Below, piece after piece: positions 21,523 through 32,699 of a stretch of 64,000 bases of DNA (its first letter is position 1; each line of letters starts with the position of its first letter). The stretch is taken from assembly GCA_963701745.1 (NCBI GenBank), contig CAVPBE010000004.1, positions 7,607 through 71,606 of the forward strand, read 5' to 3'. The translations under genes and the position numbers were made by a program. Below the pieces are notes generated by a model, which saw only the letters and a program-made list of their open reading frames with translations, ran no database searches and was not told where the DNA came from. This DNA is from an uncultured Bacteroidales bacterium (GTDB lineage: Bacteria > Bacteroidota > Bacteroidia > Bacteroidales > VadinHA17).

Positions 21523-21858
21523 ATGGCAAAGTTTGAAGTTTACCAAAGCGGTAAAAATAAGGAATTCCGCTTCCGCCTGAAAGCTGACAATGGCCAGACA
21601 ATTCTCAGCAGCGAAGGTTACACAAGCAAAGCATCATGCATGAATGGTATCGAATCAGTAAAGAAGAATGCCGGCGATGCTAAAAGATTCAACAAAAGCC
21701 AGACCCCTACAAAAATGTTCCGGTTTGCAATAACCGCTGCAAACAGCCAGATAATAGGAACAAGCCAGAACTACAAATCTGAAAGCGGCCGCGACAATGG
21801 TATCGAATCAGTAAAAAGAAATGCCACCAAAGCCGAAATAAAAGAAGTTGAAAAATAA
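21523..21858 (+). CDS. YegP/DUF1508 family protein (two tandem domains)
   Basis: FRFRLKADNGQTILSSEGY...NGIESVKKNA, repeated in the C-terminal half. Confidence 0.9.
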   Translation: MAKFEVYQSGKNKEFRFRLKADNGQTILSSEGYTSKASCMNGIESVKKNAGDAKRFNKSQTPTKMFRFAITAANSQIIGTSQNYKSESGRDNGIESVKRNATKAEIKEVEK

Positions 21859-21875
21859 TTGACTTTTAGTTTCAT

Positions 21876-22038
21876 GAGGCTTTATCAAAAGTAATTTTTA
21901 ACCGCAAAGCACGCAAAGTTAGTGCAAAGGGCACAAAGTCAAATTCCTATAAATTAGATCTTTGCGATCTTTGCGTATCCCGAGTACTCGGGATGGCGAC
22001 CTCTGCGGTTAATGGATTTTATCTTTTGATACAACCTC
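21876..22038. mobile_element. MITE-like element with 16-bp terminal inverted repeats and internal inverted GCAAAG arrays
   Basis: Left GAGGCTTTATCAAAAG, right CTTTTGATACAACCTC (14/16 complementary); no ORF. Confidence 0.6.
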
Positions 22039-22073
22039 TTTTATTATTATAATCTTAAATTAATTCATATAAT

Positions 22074-23027
22074 ATGAAGTTGAAATTATTTTCTTTAGTT
22101 TTAATATCTACACTTTTTTTCTCTGCTTCTTTTGGGCAGGTTACTGATGCTGAAAAGAAATTGAAAGAAGTTAATGCCGACACTGTCATGGGTTGGAAAA
22201 AAGGTGGTCTTTTTGCATTAAACATTGCCCAAACCTCGCTCACAAACTGGGCTGCCGGAGGCCAGAATTCAGCTGCATTTAATGGTCTTTTCAGTGCATT
22301 TGCCAACTATAAACAGGGCAAATCGGCCTGGGATAATTCACTCGATATCGGCTATGGGATACTTAAGCAGGGGAAGGATGCCAACCCGATGAAAACTGAC
22401 GACAAATTCGATTTTTTTTCCAAATTCGGCAGGGAGGCATTCAAAAACTTTTACTATTCAGCCCTTCTGAATTTCAGGACTCAGATGAGACCCGGGTATA
22501 AATACCCTGACACGGAAAATAAAATCTCCGATATTTTCGCCCCGGCATATCTACTTTTCGCTGCCGGGATGGATTACAAGCCAAGTGCTTATTTCAGTGC
22601 CTTCATTGCACCACTTACAGCAAAATTTACTTTTGTAAATGACCCGGTCCTTTCTGCAGCCGGAGCATTCGGCGTAAAACCCGGCGATAACTCAAGGGGT
22701 GAGATCGGAGGTTACCTTAGAGCTATCTTTACAAAGAATGACTTTAAAACTGAGTTCATGAAAAATGTTTCTTTTACATCAAAAATTGATCTGTTCTCAA
22801 ATTATGCCCATAATCCCCAGAATATAGATGTAACATGGGAAAATCTCATCGGCCTCAAAGTGAACAAATTCCTTTCAGTGAATTTCAACACTGTCCTTAT
22901 TTATGATGACGATATTAAAGTCCCTGTAGACCGGAACGGGAATGGTCTGTTTGAGTCAACAGAGGCTCCAGGTTCAAGAACCCAGTTTAAAGAAATTTTA
23001 GGTATAGGATTTTCTTACAAATTTTGA
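22074..23027 (+). CDS. DUF3078 outer-membrane protein
   Basis: NWAAGG, WDNSL..GYG, KTDD, QFKEILGIGFSYKF. Confidence 0.85.
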   Translation: MKLKLFSLVLISTLFFSASFGQVTDAEKKLKEVNADTVMGWKKGGLFALNIAQTSLTNWAAGGQNSAAFNGLFSAFANYKQGKSAWDNSLDIGYGILKQGKDANPMKTDDKFDFFSKFGREAFKNFYYSALLNFRTQMRPGYKYPDTENKISDIFAPAYLLFAAGMDYKPSAYFSAFIAPLTAKFTFVNDPVLSAAGAFGVKPGDNSRGEIGGYLRAIFTKNDFKTEFMKNVSFTSKIDLFSNYAHNPQNIDVTWENLIGLKVNKFLSVNFNTVLIYDDDIKVPVDRNGNGLFESTEAPGSRTQFKEILGIGFSYKF

Positions 23028-23052
23028 TATTTTTTAACTAAAACCTGACAAA

Positions 23053-23451
23053 ATGAAATTTTTAGACGAATTCAAGCAGTTTGCAATGAAAGGCAACATG
23101 GTCGACATGGCCGTAGGTATTATCATCGGTGCTGCATTTGGCAAAATTGTGGCCTCACTCGTAAGTGACATTATTATGCCCCCAATAGGATTGCTTCTTG
23201 GCGGTGTTAATTTCGCTGATCTGAAAGTAGTCATGAAAGCAGCTACAGAGACAGTTCCTGCGGTTACATGGAATTATGGGAGTTTTGTCCAGACTGCCAT
23301 AGACTTCCTGATTATAGCATTAGTTGTCTTTATGCTTATTAAAGCAATCAATTCCATGAAGAAGAAAGAAGAAGCAGCTCCTGCAGCTCCTCCTGCTCCG
23401 TCAAAGGACCAGGTTCTGCTGACAGAGATCAGGGATCTGCTTAAAAAATAA
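23053..23451 (+). CDS. mscL: Large-conductance mechanosensitive channel
   Basis: [28 protein letters not shown]...[11 protein letters not shown]. Confidence 0.97.
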   Translation: MKFLDEFKQFAMKGNMVDMAVGIIIGAAFGKIVASLVSDIIMPPIGLLLGGVNFADLKVVMKAATETVPAVTWNYGSFVQTAIDFLIIALVVFMLIKAINSMKKKEEAAPAAPPAPSKDQVLLTEIRDLLKK

Positions 23452-23480
23452 AATTTATCATTTTTTTACATGAATTAATG

Positions 23481-23509
23481 GTAGAGACGCCCAAATTGGG
23501 CGTCTCTAC
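23481..23509. repeat. GTAG-type REP-like palindrome (may also terminate mscL transcription)
   Basis: GTAGAGACGCCC-AAATT-GGGCGTCTCTAC, perfect 12-bp stem. Confidence 0.7.
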
Positions 23510-23587
23510 GTTTTATGCGGTGTCCCAGCGTATTTATTGGACGTCTCTGCACTTTTTAATATATTTACCCTGCAAATATTCCTTCCC

Positions 23588-25924
23588 ATGAAAATAAGAA
23601 CTGCTTCCCTCCTTCTTTTTTCAATCTCTTTTCTTTCCCTGGGTATCTCCCTCAGAGGACAGCCTGCTCCTTCAGGAATGAAGATCTGGTTCAACAAGCC
23701 TGCTGAAACATGGAATGAAGCCCTACCCATAGGGAATGGCCGTCTGGGGGCCATGGTCTTCGGAGGCGCTGAGAAGGAACGTCTTCAGCTGAACGAAGAA
23801 TCTGTCTGGACCGGAATTCCGCGATGGGATGCAAATCCGGACGCCCTGAAGAACCTTCCGAAAGTGAGGAAGCTTCTCTTCGAAGGCAAATACGGTGAGG
23901 CTGAAAAACTTGCCCAGAACGGGATCATGGGAGCTTTCAAACGTGATAACGCTTCGAGTTATCAGACCCTTGGAGATCTTATACTTGATTTCACTCCCTT
24001 AAGAGTAGTATCGGGATACCGTCGCGAACTGGATATCGAAGAAGCAATATCAAGAGTTATCTATACTGCCAATCAGGTAAACTATACACGCGAAGTATTT
24101 TCAAGCTTTCCTGATCAGGCCCTGGTTATGAGTATAACTGCTGACAAACCAGGGTCAGTTACTTTTTCTGTCAGGCTTTCCAGACCTGGTAATAAGGCTG
24201 TCATAAAGGCTTCTAACAATGAAATTGTTATGAATGAGCATGTTGGAAATGGGATCGGAGTCAGGATGGAGACCCGGGTTAATCTTATCAATGATGGTGG
24301 AAGAATTTTGTCGGGAGGCGACAGTATAAGAATTGAAAAGGCAAATTCAGTTCTGATTTTGCTTACTGCTGCAACTGACTATTTTGGGAATGATCCTGCC
24401 GTTATTGCAGGCAATCAGCTTGAAATTGCCTCAAAGAGATCCTATTCCGAAATCAGAAAGGATCATGTTGATGATTATCAAAAGTATTTTAAGAGGGTCT
24501 CACTGGATCTCGGATCAGGCGATGGGAATTTTTTTACAACTGATGCCAGGCTCACTGCAATGCAAAATGGTTATGTCGATACCGACCTAATAGAGCTCTA
24601 CTATCAGTTCGGAAGGTATTTGCTCATCAGTAGTTCACGGCAAGATGACCTGCCGGCAAACCTTCAGGGGATTTGGGCTGACGGATTGAATCCTCCATGG
24701 AGCGCCGATTATCATATCAATATCAATATCCAGATGAACTACTGGCCCGCTGAAATAACAAACCTGGGAGAAATGTTTATGCCATTTGCAGATTTCCTCG
24801 ATGCCATGCGTCCGGATGCCAGGCGAACCGCCAGCGAAGTGTACGGTTTGAAAGGGATTGTGGCCCATTACACGACCGATGTCTGGCACTACACAGAACC
24901 TTTGGGAGCTGTCGGATACGGAATGTGGCCAATGGGAATTGCCTGGAGCTGCCAGAATATCTTTGATCATTACAGGTTCGGAGGCAATATTGATTATCTG
25001 AGGAACAAAGCCTATCCCATAATGAAGGAAGCTGCTGAATTTTGTGTTGGCTGGCTCGTTACTGATCCAAAAACAGGATTTCTTGTTTCAGGTCCGTCAA
25101 TTTCACCGGAGAACAGATTTAAAATTCCGGGAGGAGAGGGAAATGCCAGCATTGTTATGGGTCCGACGATGGATCATATGATAATCCGCGACCTGCTTCA
25201 GAACACTATTGAAGCAAGCATTATTCTTGATACCGATAAATCCTTCCGCAGCAAGATGGAGAAGACGCTTGATAAGCTGACACCTATAAAAACCGGGTCG
25301 GACGGCCGGATCCTGGAATGGTCCGAGGAATTTGAGGAACCTGAACCGGGCCACAGGCATATTTCACATCTTTACGGCCTTCATCCGGGAAATCAGATTA
25401 CAGAACAAAAAAATCCTGAATTGCTTGAAGCGGCCAGGAAAACTATAGAGTACAGACTTGCCAACGGAGGAGGACATACAGGGTGGAGCAGGGCCTGGAT
25501 AATAAATTTCTTCGCCCGGCTTAAGGATGGTGAAAAAGCTTATGAAAATGTTCTGGCTCTTATCAGGAAATCGACTCTTTATAACCTGTTTGACAATCAT
25601 CCTCCCTTCCAGATCGACGGAAACTTCGGGGGTACCGCGGGCATTACGGAAATGCTTCTTCAGAGCCATGCCGGTGAAGTGGAATTGCTTCCTGCCCTGC
25701 CCTCTGCCTGGGGAACAGGATATGTGCACGGACTTATGACCAGGGGCGGCTTTGAAGTGGATATTGACTGGCAGAACGGGATGCTGAAACAGGCAAGGAT
25801 CATCTCGAAGCTTGGCAATCCTTTGAGATTGAGTTACAAAGGGGAAGTCATCGAACTGAAGACTACAGAAAAGGGGAAGTCGTATTTGTTTAGGGAAGGA
25901 ACTTCGGGATTAATCATTATTTGA
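23588..25924 (+). CDS. GH95 alpha-L-fucosidase
   Basis: [58 protein letters not shown]; start trimmed to ATG 23588. Confidence 0.93.
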   Translation: MKIRTASLLLFSISFLSLGISLRGQPAPSGMKIWFNKPAETWNEALPIGNGRLGAMVFGGAEKERLQLNEESVWTGIPRWDANPDALKNLPKVRKLLFEGKYGEAEKLAQNGIMGAFKRDNASSYQTLGDLILDFTPLRVVSGYRRELDIEEAISRVIYTANQVNYTREVFSSFPDQALVMSITADKPGSVTFSVRLSRPGNKAVIKASNNEIVMNEHVGNGIGVRMETRVNLINDGGRILSGGDSIRIEKANSVLILLTAATDYFGNDPAVIAGNQLEIASKRSYSEIRKDHVDDYQKYFKRVSLDLGSGDGNFFTTDARLTAMQNGYVDTDLIELYYQFGRYLLISSSRQDDLPANLQGIWADGLNPPWSADYHININIQMNYWPAEITNLGEMFMPFADFLDAMRPDARRTASEVYGLKGIVAHYTTDVWHYTEPLGAVGYGMWPMGIAWSCQNIFDHYRFGGNIDYLRNKAYPIMKEAAEFCVGWLVTDPKTGFLVSGPSISPENRFKIPGGEGNASIVMGPTMDHMIIRDLLQNTIEASIILDTDKSFRSKMEKTLDKLTPIKTGSDGRILEWSEEFEEPEPGHRHISHLYGLHPGNQITEQKNPELLEAARKTIEYRLANGGGHTGWSRAWIINFFARLKDGEKAYENVLALIRKSTLYNLFDNHPPFQIDGNFGGTAGITEMLLQSHAGEVELLPALPSAWGTGYVHGLMTRGGFEVDIDWQNGMLKQARIISKLGNPLRLSYKGEVIELKTTEKGKSYLFREGTSGLIII

Positions 25925-25977
25925 TTAGCCTGGAGCTTCAGCCTGGTAGAAGTTTGCGGATCATCATTGAGAATATC

Positions 25978-26135
25978 AGGGCTAAAGCCCTCTCCAAAAC
26001 TTTATCTCCTAACCACGGCCTTAAGGCCGTGGTTATCGCAAACATCTACTCTGTGGGCTTTAGCCCCAATCTCCTAACCACGGCCTTAAGGCCGTGGTTA
26101 TCGCAAACATCTACTCTGTGGGCTTTAGCCCCAAT
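25978..26135. repeat. REP-like array with a 65-bp tandem duplication
   Basis: 26004-26068 repeated at 26069-26133; contains TAACCACGGCC-TTAA-GGCCGTGGTTA and GGGCTTTAGCCC; GGGCTAAAGCCC at 25979. Confidence 0.85.
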
Positions 26136-26170
26136 ATTTATTATTATTAATAAAAATTTTCATAAAATAA

Positions 26171-26203
26171 TTTGGATATTGATGTTATTTATTTCTAACT
26201 TTG
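26171..26203 (+). promoter_or_regulatory. Bacteroidota primary-sigma promoter
   Basis: TTTG-N21-TAACTTTG, 32 nt before the ATG at 26236. Confidence 0.6.
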
Positions 26204-26235
26204 TGTTAGAATTAATTAACTAATACTTTACCGTC

Positions 26236-26634
26236 ATGAAAAGAGGAATTATAGTATTTATCGTAGCAGCCCTGGTCCTTTTCACAACCGGGCTGTGGTT
26301 ATTTACTGCAACTGAAAAGTTCAAACCCTTTGAGCTTGTTGGCTTTGGCATTTTAATCCTTGTGGTCTTATTTGCATTATTTATCGGATTCAAAAGAATA
26401 AGCAGTGCAAAGAAAGGTGAACCTCCTGAAGATGAGCTGACTAAAAAGGTTATGCAAAAAACTTCATCGATTTCTTACTACATTTCGCTCTACTTATGGC
26501 TGGCGATAATGTACTTTTCAGACAGGCTAGATTATGAAACCCATACTGTAATAGGCGCAGGTATCCTGGGGATGGCCGTGGTCTTTGCTGTCTGCTGGCT
26601 GGTATTCAATTTCAAAGGTGTAAGAAATGAATAA
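26236..26634 (+). CDS. Four-TM membrane protein (DUF2178-like)
   Basis: Four hydrophobic segments with a PEDELTKK loop; overlaps the downstream XRE gene. Confidence 0.6.
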   Translation: MKRGIIVFIVAALVLFTTGLWLFTATEKFKPFELVGFGILILVVLFALFIGFKRISSAKKGEPPEDELTKKVMQKTSSISYYISLYLWLAIMYFSDRLDYETHTVIGAGILGMAVVFAVCWLVFNFKGVRNE

Positions 26635-26818
26635 CAGGATAAAAGAATTCCGGGCGAGATACAATCTCACCCAGGAGGATCTGGCCAAAAAGGTAAATGT
26701 AAGAAGGGAGACAATTGTCTTTCTTGAGAAGAATAAATACAACCCCTCACTTAAGCTGGCCCACGATATTGCCAAAGTGTTCGGTACAGCTATCGAAGAA
26801 ATATTTATCTTCGAATAA
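26627..26818 (+). CDS. XRE/Cro-family HTH regulator
   Basis: NRIKEFR...[17 protein letters not shown]...YNPSLKLA. Confidence 0.9.
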   Translation: MNNRIKEFRARYNLTQEDLAKKVNVRRETIVFLEKNKYNPSLKLAHDIAKVFGTAIEEIFIFE

Positions 26819-26832
26819 ACATTCTTCCCTTT

Positions 26833-26986
26833 GAGGCTGTCTCAAAAGTCCTCTGTGGACCTCTGTAGAAACTCTGTGATCTCTGTGTAAGCTCTTATAA
26901 ATATTTGTTACACAGAGTGCCACAGAGAAGACACAGAGCGACACAGAGAAAACATAAATGGAATTTAAGACTTATGAGACAGCCCC
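26833..26986. mobile_element. MITE-like element with 18-bp terminal inverted repeats and internal CTCTGTG/CACAGAG arrays
   Basis: Left GAGGCTGTCTCAAAAGTC, right GACTTATGAGACAGCCCC (16/18); extra right-end-like copy at ~26991-27008. Confidence 0.65.
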
Positions 26987-27008
26987 AAAGGATTTATGAC
27001 ACAGCCTT

Positions 27009-29789
27009 ATGAAAAAACTCCTGCTTTTTTTTGTCATCATCCTGTTTTCGTGTTCTTGCAGTAAACCCGATTCATCTGATTTTACAGCAGCCTGGCTACA
27101 TTGCAACAATCTCGAAAATCCTGCCGGGGTTTCTAAAGATCCCTCATTTAGCTGGATCATTACATCCGGAACCAGGGGTGCAGTTCAAACTGCCTATCAG
27201 ATAATTCTGGATTCCTATGAAAAAAACCTGAAATCAGAGAGCAGATGTCTCTGGAATTCAGGAAAGATATCTTCTTCCCAATCTTCATGGATAAGCTATT
27301 CCGGACCTGCCCTCGAACCTGCAAAAAGATATATCTGGAAGGTAAGGATTTGGGATAAAAATGATAACCTTTCAGAATGGAGCTCTTCAGCTTATTTTAT
27401 CACAGGACTATTCGTCAGGTCTGACTGGGGCGATGCAAAATGGATCGGATATGAAGAGATCCCCGATTCACTTCTTCTTGTCCCCGGGGTTCATGGAAAT
27501 GGCAATGATCTTGGTGAAGTTGCAAAAAAACGTACAGTAGTCCCATATTTCAGAAAAGAGTTTCGGCTGAATAAAAAGATATCCCGGGCTCTTGTTTTTG
27601 TTAGCGGGCTTGGCCATTATGACCTGTATGTAAATGGTGAAAAGCCAGGTGAACGTTTTCTTTCTCCCGGATGGACTGATTACAGGAAAACCTGTTATTA
27701 CAACACTTTTGACATAACCAATAATCTGAGGCGTGGCCAAAATGTTTTGGGAGCTATTGTTGGCAACGGATTTTACAACATAAACAGGGAACGTTACAGG
27801 AAGCTGGTGATAGCCTATGGCGCACCAAAAATGATATTGAAGCTTATTGTGCAATATAGTGATGGCTCTGAGGAGACAATCGTAAGTGACAGGACCTGGA
27901 AGTCTTCTCCTTCGCCGGTCACATTTGCCAGTATTTATGGAGGCGAAGACTATGATGCACGTCTAGAACAGGAAATGTGGCAAAAAGTGGGATATAGTGG
28001 TAAAACATGGAAAGAATGCCTGGAAATCAGGGAGCCTTCAGGAGAACTTAGGCCCGAAATGGATCATCCGCTTAAAATAATGGAAGTGTTCGATCCCGGG
28101 AATATAACCTGCAGGAATGATAGCATCAGTATCTATGATTTTAATCAAAATGCATCCGGGATTGTCAGGTTGAAAGTCCATGGGAAGAAAGGACAGGTTG
28201 TCCGGCTCGTTCCGGGCGAACTTATAAGTAATGACACCACAGTTACTCAAAAGGCAAGCGGGGAGCAATATTATTTTACGTATACACTAAAAGGGGGAAA
28301 GGAAGAGATCTGGGTTCCGCGATTCAGCTATTACGGCTTCAGGTACGTTGAGGCTGAAGGAGCCAGGCCTGCAGGTGAGCCTAATCCGGATAATCTGCCG
28401 GTAATAAAAGAATTGCAGCTTCTTCATACAAGAAATTCCTCCCCATCTGCAGGGAGCTTCAGCTGTTCGAATGAGCTTTTCAATTCAATATACAAACTGA
28501 TAAACTGGTCGATAAAAAGCAATCTAGCAAGTGTTGCAACCGACTGCCCGCACAGGGAAAAGCTAGGATGGCTTGAACAGACCCATCTGATGGGAAACTC
28601 GATCAGGTACAACTTTGACATTCATAATCTGTATGGTAAGATCATTGATGATATGACTGAAGCCCAGCTCGAAAACGGACTTGTCCCAGATATTGCACCC
28701 GAATATGTTCAGTTCCAGGGTGGTTTCAGGGATTCACCCGAATGGGGCAGCGCCTGTATCCTGGTTCCGTGGGATATTTTCAAATGGTACGGAGATATCG
28801 GTGCCGTTAAAAAAGCCTACCCGATGATGAAAAGATATCTGAATTACCTTGAAAGCATGTCAGAACACTGTATCCTTTCGCACGGACTTGGTGACTGGTA
28901 TGATTTGGGACCCAAATTTCCGGGGGAAGCCCAGCTTACGCCCAGGGCTTTAACTGCAACATCAGTTTTTTTCTATGATGCAAAATTGCTGGCTGAGATG
29001 GCTGCACTGATCGGTGAAAAAGAGGATGCCGATCTTTATAGAAACCTGTCAGAAGAAATCCGTAAAGCTTTCAATAAAGAATTCTTCAATCCTCAGACGA
29101 ATGTTTATTCCACAGGAAGCCAGACAGCATATTCAATGCCGCTTTTTTTCGGTATGGTTGATGACAGTTTAAAAAATAAAGTTACAGCCAATCTTGTCAG
29201 TTCAATAAAAGAAAACAAAAATGCACTTACAGCAGGTGATGTAGGATACCGGTATCTCTTACGGGTACTCGAGCAGGAGGGTTATTCTCAGCTGATTTTC
29301 GATATGAATTCAAGGACTGATGTGCCCGGCTATGGGTACCAGCTTTCAAAGGGAGCGACATCACTTACTGAATCCTGGGCCGGACTGAGGGATGTTTCGA
29401 ACAACCATATGATGCTCGGACATCTGATGGAATGGTTTTTTAGTGGCATCGGGGGAATCCGCCAGATGGCAGAATCAAATGCTTTTAACCATATTCTTAT
29501 TGCACCTGAAATTGTTGGTGACATTACCTGGGCTAATGCATCAATAGAATCTGTCCATGGTGAAATTTCAAGTTCCTGGAAAATCAAGGGCAATGATTTT
29601 TCGTTAACGGTAAAGATACCCGCTAACTGCAAGGCAACTATAGAACTGCCTCAGCCTGATGCTGATAAGATCAGTGAAAACGGCAATCCCGTGAAAACTT
29701 CTGAAAATTTAAAAGTCCTTAAGAGCTCAGGAAGCAAAACTCTTATAGAAACTGCTTCAGGAGAGTACGATTTTACATGCCCATTATGA
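27009..29789 (+). CDS. GH78 alpha-L-rhamnosidase (lipoprotein)
   Basis: TDCPHREKLGWLE, SPEWG, GLGDWY, GATSLTESW, SNNHMMLG. Confidence 0.92.
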   Translation: MKKLLLFFVIILFSCSCSKPDSSDFTAAWLHCNNLENPAGVSKDPSFSWIITSGTRGAVQTAYQIILDSYEKNLKSESRCLWNSGKISSSQSSWISYSGPALEPAKRYIWKVRIWDKNDNLSEWSSSAYFITGLFVRSDWGDAKWIGYEEIPDSLLLVPGVHGNGNDLGEVAKKRTVVPYFRKEFRLNKKISRALVFVSGLGHYDLYVNGEKPGERFLSPGWTDYRKTCYYNTFDITNNLRRGQNVLGAIVGNGFYNINRERYRKLVIAYGAPKMILKLIVQYSDGSEETIVSDRTWKSSPSPVTFASIYGGEDYDARLEQEMWQKVGYSGKTWKECLEIREPSGELRPEMDHPLKIMEVFDPGNITCRNDSISIYDFNQNASGIVRLKVHGKKGQVVRLVPGELISNDTTVTQKASGEQYYFTYTLKGGKEEIWVPRFSYYGFRYVEAEGARPAGEPNPDNLPVIKELQLLHTRNSSPSAGSFSCSNELFNSIYKLINWSIKSNLASVATDCPHREKLGWLEQTHLMGNSIRYNFDIHNLYGKIIDDMTEAQLENGLVPDIAPEYVQFQGGFRDSPEWGSACILVPWDIFKWYGDIGAVKKAYPMMKRYLNYLESMSEHCILSHGLGDWYDLGPKFPGEAQLTPRALTATSVFFYDAKLLAEMAALIGEKEDADLYRNLSEEIRKAFNKEFFNPQTNVYSTGSQTAYSMPLFFGMVDDSLKNKVTANLVSSIKENKNALTAGDVGYRYLLRVLEQEGYSQLIFDMNSRTDVPGYGYQLSKGATSLTESWAGLRDVSNNHMMLGHLMEWFFSGIGGIRQMAESNAFNHILIAPEIVGDITWANASIESVHGEISSSWKIKGNDFSLTVKIPANCKATIELPQPDADKISENGNPVKTSENLKVLKSSGSKTLIETASGEYDFTCPL

Positions 29790-30020
29790 AATTATTATTC
29801 CTTGCCCCAGTCATCTTCTCCTGCCACTGCTACAACTCGTTCCATTTGCCTGGATAAGCAAACCTGCACTGTTTTGGCAAGGTAGTGGGTTTGTGGATCC
29901 TGAACTATGAATTGACCAGCACTCTTTTTTTACTATTTTAGAAGATTATTGAGTTATACTGATTTATTTTGTCATGCCGTCTGGACTGATTTGGCACATT
30001 TATTAAATACATTGTTTCTG

Positions 30021-32699
30021 ATGATACAATACTACAATAGGGAATTCAGTGAAATAATTTCCAGTTTGAAAACAGATACCACAACAGGTTTGCGCACCGA
30101 TGAGGTTAAACGAAGGCTTGGAGAATACGGATATAACCAACTTGATTCAAAACGCAGGAAAAGCTTTGTAGTGATGTTCCTTGAGCAGTTTAAAAGCTTT
30201 ATGATAATCATTCTGCTTATTGCAGCTGCAATATCAGGAGTGGTTGGTGTAATGGAAGGAGAAGGATTGCTAGATACATATGTAATATTGGGTATTCTGA
30301 TAGTGAATGCTTTTGTCGGTGCTTTCCAGGAGCGTAAAGCTGAAACTTCACTTGAGGCTCTGAAAAGTCTTGCTGCTCCGCTTACCAAAGTACTTCGCGA
30401 CGGAGTTATAAAAGAGGTCCTGACAAGAGAGCTCGTCCCGGGAGATATTATTATTCTTGAAACCGGTGCCATAATTCCTGCGGATCTACGGCTGACTGAG
30501 GCAGTCAATCTTAAAATACAGGAATCAGCACTTACAGGAGAATCAGTTCCTGTCGAAAAGCATACTGACGCAATCAAGGAAGAAGATGTTGCCCTTGGTG
30601 ATCGCATAAACATGGCCTTTTCGAGCGGTATGGTGACTTATGGGCGCGGACGCGGTGTTGTAATAGCAACTGGTATGAAGTCCGAAGTAGGGAAAATAGC
30701 TAATTTGCTTCAGGAGGCTGTTGAAACTGAAACCCCGATGAGCAAGCGTCTTGAACAGCTAGGAAAGCTTCTTGGGACCGCAGCACTGATAATATGTGCC
30801 CTGATCTTCGTTGTGGGAGTTCTTTATGGCAATTCAATTATCAGCATGTTCATGACCGCTGTAAGTCTCGCCGTTGCTGCAATTCCTGAGGGACTGCCCG
30901 CAGTTTCAACAGTTGTTCTGGCAATCGGTGTACAGCGTATGGTCAAGAGAAATGCGATAATCCGTACACTCCCTTCGGTTGAGACTCTTGGCAGTACAAC
31001 TGTAATATGCTCTGATAAGACAGGGACACTTACCCAGAACAAAATGACAGTCGTTGAAGCCTATGTCAATCACAAAAAGGATGTCATAAACAGGTCTGCC
31101 CCCGCTACTGTTCTGAATAAGGAGGAGAACAGGCTGCTTGCAATAGCTGTACTGTGCGCCGATGCACAGGTAAGGAACAATGATAATGGCAAATACGAGT
31201 TTACAGGAGATCCCACCGAGACAGCTCTTCTCGATTTTGGTATCCTTTATGGCATGTTCAAAGATGCCGTTGAGAAGAAGTTTCCAAGGATCGCTGAAAT
31301 CCCGTTTGATTCAGAAAGGAAACGAATGACAACAGTCAACAGAATATCTGAATCAAGCACCCGTATAAATGTAAAAGGCGGACTGGATGAGGTTCTAAGT
31401 GTTTGTGACAAAATTATAATCCACGGCAAGATACGACCAATTGTTAATGAAGATAAGAAGCTGATACTGCTGGCAAATGAGTCTATGGCAAATTCGGCTC
31501 TGCGTGTTCTTGCAATGGCATACAAGGATCTGCCAGAGGCTCCCCGGAATGTTCAGATAGGTGATCTTGAGAACGGGCTTATCTTCATTGGCATGCTTGG
31601 AATGATCGACCCTGCACGACCAGAGGTTATTGAAGCAGTCGCCAGGTGCAATACAGCCGGCATCCGGCCGGTGATGATAACAGGTGATCATAAAAGCACA
31701 GCAATGGCTATAGCCCGGGAGATAGGCATCTTCAAGGAAGGAGATACAGCCATTACAGGAGCTGAACTTGAAAAACTCAGTGATGAGGAATTTGCTAGCA
31801 ATGTTTCAAAGTATGCGGTTTATGCCCGGGTGGCTCCTGAGCATAAGGTCCGTATTGTTAAAGCCTGGCAGAATCATGGTGAGGTAGTGGCTATGACGGG
31901 CGACGGTGTTAATGATGCTCCGGCACTTAAGGTAGCTGATATCGGGGCCGCGATGGGTATAGTTGGCACTGATGTGGCAAAAGGGGCAGCCGATATGGTA
32001 CTTACCGATGACAATTTTGCAACGATTGTGTCGGCGGTTGAGGAAGGAAGAAGGATCTATGACAATATTCTAAAGGCCATCCAGTTTCTCCTTTCTACTA
32101 ATATTGGTGAGATATTCCTTTTACTTATAACATCGATTTTTAATCTTGGTACACCACTTCTGCCTATCCATATACTCTGGGTGAACCTTGTCACTGATAG
32201 CCTTCCGGCACTTGCACTAAGCGTTGATCCGGCTGAAAAAGATATTATGAACAGGAAGCCCAGGAATTCAAAGAAAGGTTTTATGACAAACGGGATGGTA
32301 TGGCGCATAATGTATCAGGGTATAATGATTGGTGCAATACCTCTGGCAGCCTTCATAGTTGGATTGCGCGAGCAGGGTGTTGCCCTCGGGCAGACAATGG
32401 CTTTTGCAACGCTGATGTTTGCACAGCTTGCTCATGTACGCAACCTGCACTCAAATACCAGGTCATCGCTGGCAATCAGTCCGTTTAAGAACATACCACT
32501 CATATTGGCAATTGCTGTTTCTGCTGGTCTCGCTTTGATAGTGCTGCTTATCCCTCCAATCCGCGATGCTTTCAGTCTGACAGAACTCGACGGCAAGCAT
32601 TGGCTTGCAGTAGCATTAATGTCACTTATTCCTATCCTGGTGGTCGATATTTTCAAATTATTCAGGATCAATACTACCAGAGATGAAAGGATCAAATAG
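30021..32699 (+). CDS. P-type cation-transporting ATPase (type IIA, Ca2+-like)
   Basis: LTGES, IPEGL, DKTGTLT, MITGD, TGDGVNDAPAL, WVNLVTD; start trimmed to ATG 30021. Confidence 0.93.
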   Translation: MIQYYNREFSEIISSLKTDTTTGLRTDEVKRRLGEYGYNQLDSKRRKSFVVMFLEQFKSFMIIILLIAAAISGVVGVMEGEGLLDTYVILGILIVNAFVGAFQERKAETSLEALKSLAAPLTKVLRDGVIKEVLTRELVPGDIIILETGAIIPADLRLTEAVNLKIQESALTGESVPVEKHTDAIKEEDVALGDRINMAFSSGMVTYGRGRGVVIATGMKSEVGKIANLLQEAVETETPMSKRLEQLGKLLGTAALIICALIFVVGVLYGNSIISMFMTAVSLAVAAIPEGLPAVSTVVLAIGVQRMVKRNAIIRTLPSVETLGSTTVICSDKTGTLTQNKMTVVEAYVNHKKDVINRSAPATVLNKEENRLLAIAVLCADAQVRNNDNGKYEFTGDPTETALLDFGILYGMFKDAVEKKFPRIAEIPFDSERKRMTTVNRISESSTRINVKGGLDEVLSVCDKIIIHGKIRPIVNEDKKLILLANESMANSALRVLAMAYKDLPEAPRNVQIGDLENGLIFIGMLGMIDPARPEVIEAVARCNTAGIRPVMITGDHKSTAMAIAREIGIFKEGDTAITGAELEKLSDEEFASNVSKYAVYARVAPEHKVRIVKAWQNHGEVVAMTGDGVNDAPALKVADIGAAMGIVGTDVAKGAADMVLTDDNFATIVSAVEEGRRIYDNILKAIQFLLSTNIGEIFLLLITSIFNLGTPLLPIHILWVNLVTDSLPALALSVDPAEKDIMNRKPRNSKKGFMTNGMVWRIMYQGIMIGAIPLAAFIVGLREQGVALGQTMAFATLMFAQLAHVRNLHSNTRSSLAISPFKNIPLILAIAVSAGLALIVLLIPPIRDAFSLTELDGKHWLAVALMSLIPILVVDIFKLFRINTTRDERIK

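Noticed and set aside
25921-26223. 100-aa ORF after GH95
   Set aside because: Made of REP-like repeats and promoter sequence
29786-29915. Short ORF-like remnant after GH78
   Set aside because: Too short and interrupted; no family assignable
30032-32695. Antisense and alternate-frame ORFs inside the ATPase and other long genes
   Set aside because: Shadows of well-supported genes with no motifs of their own
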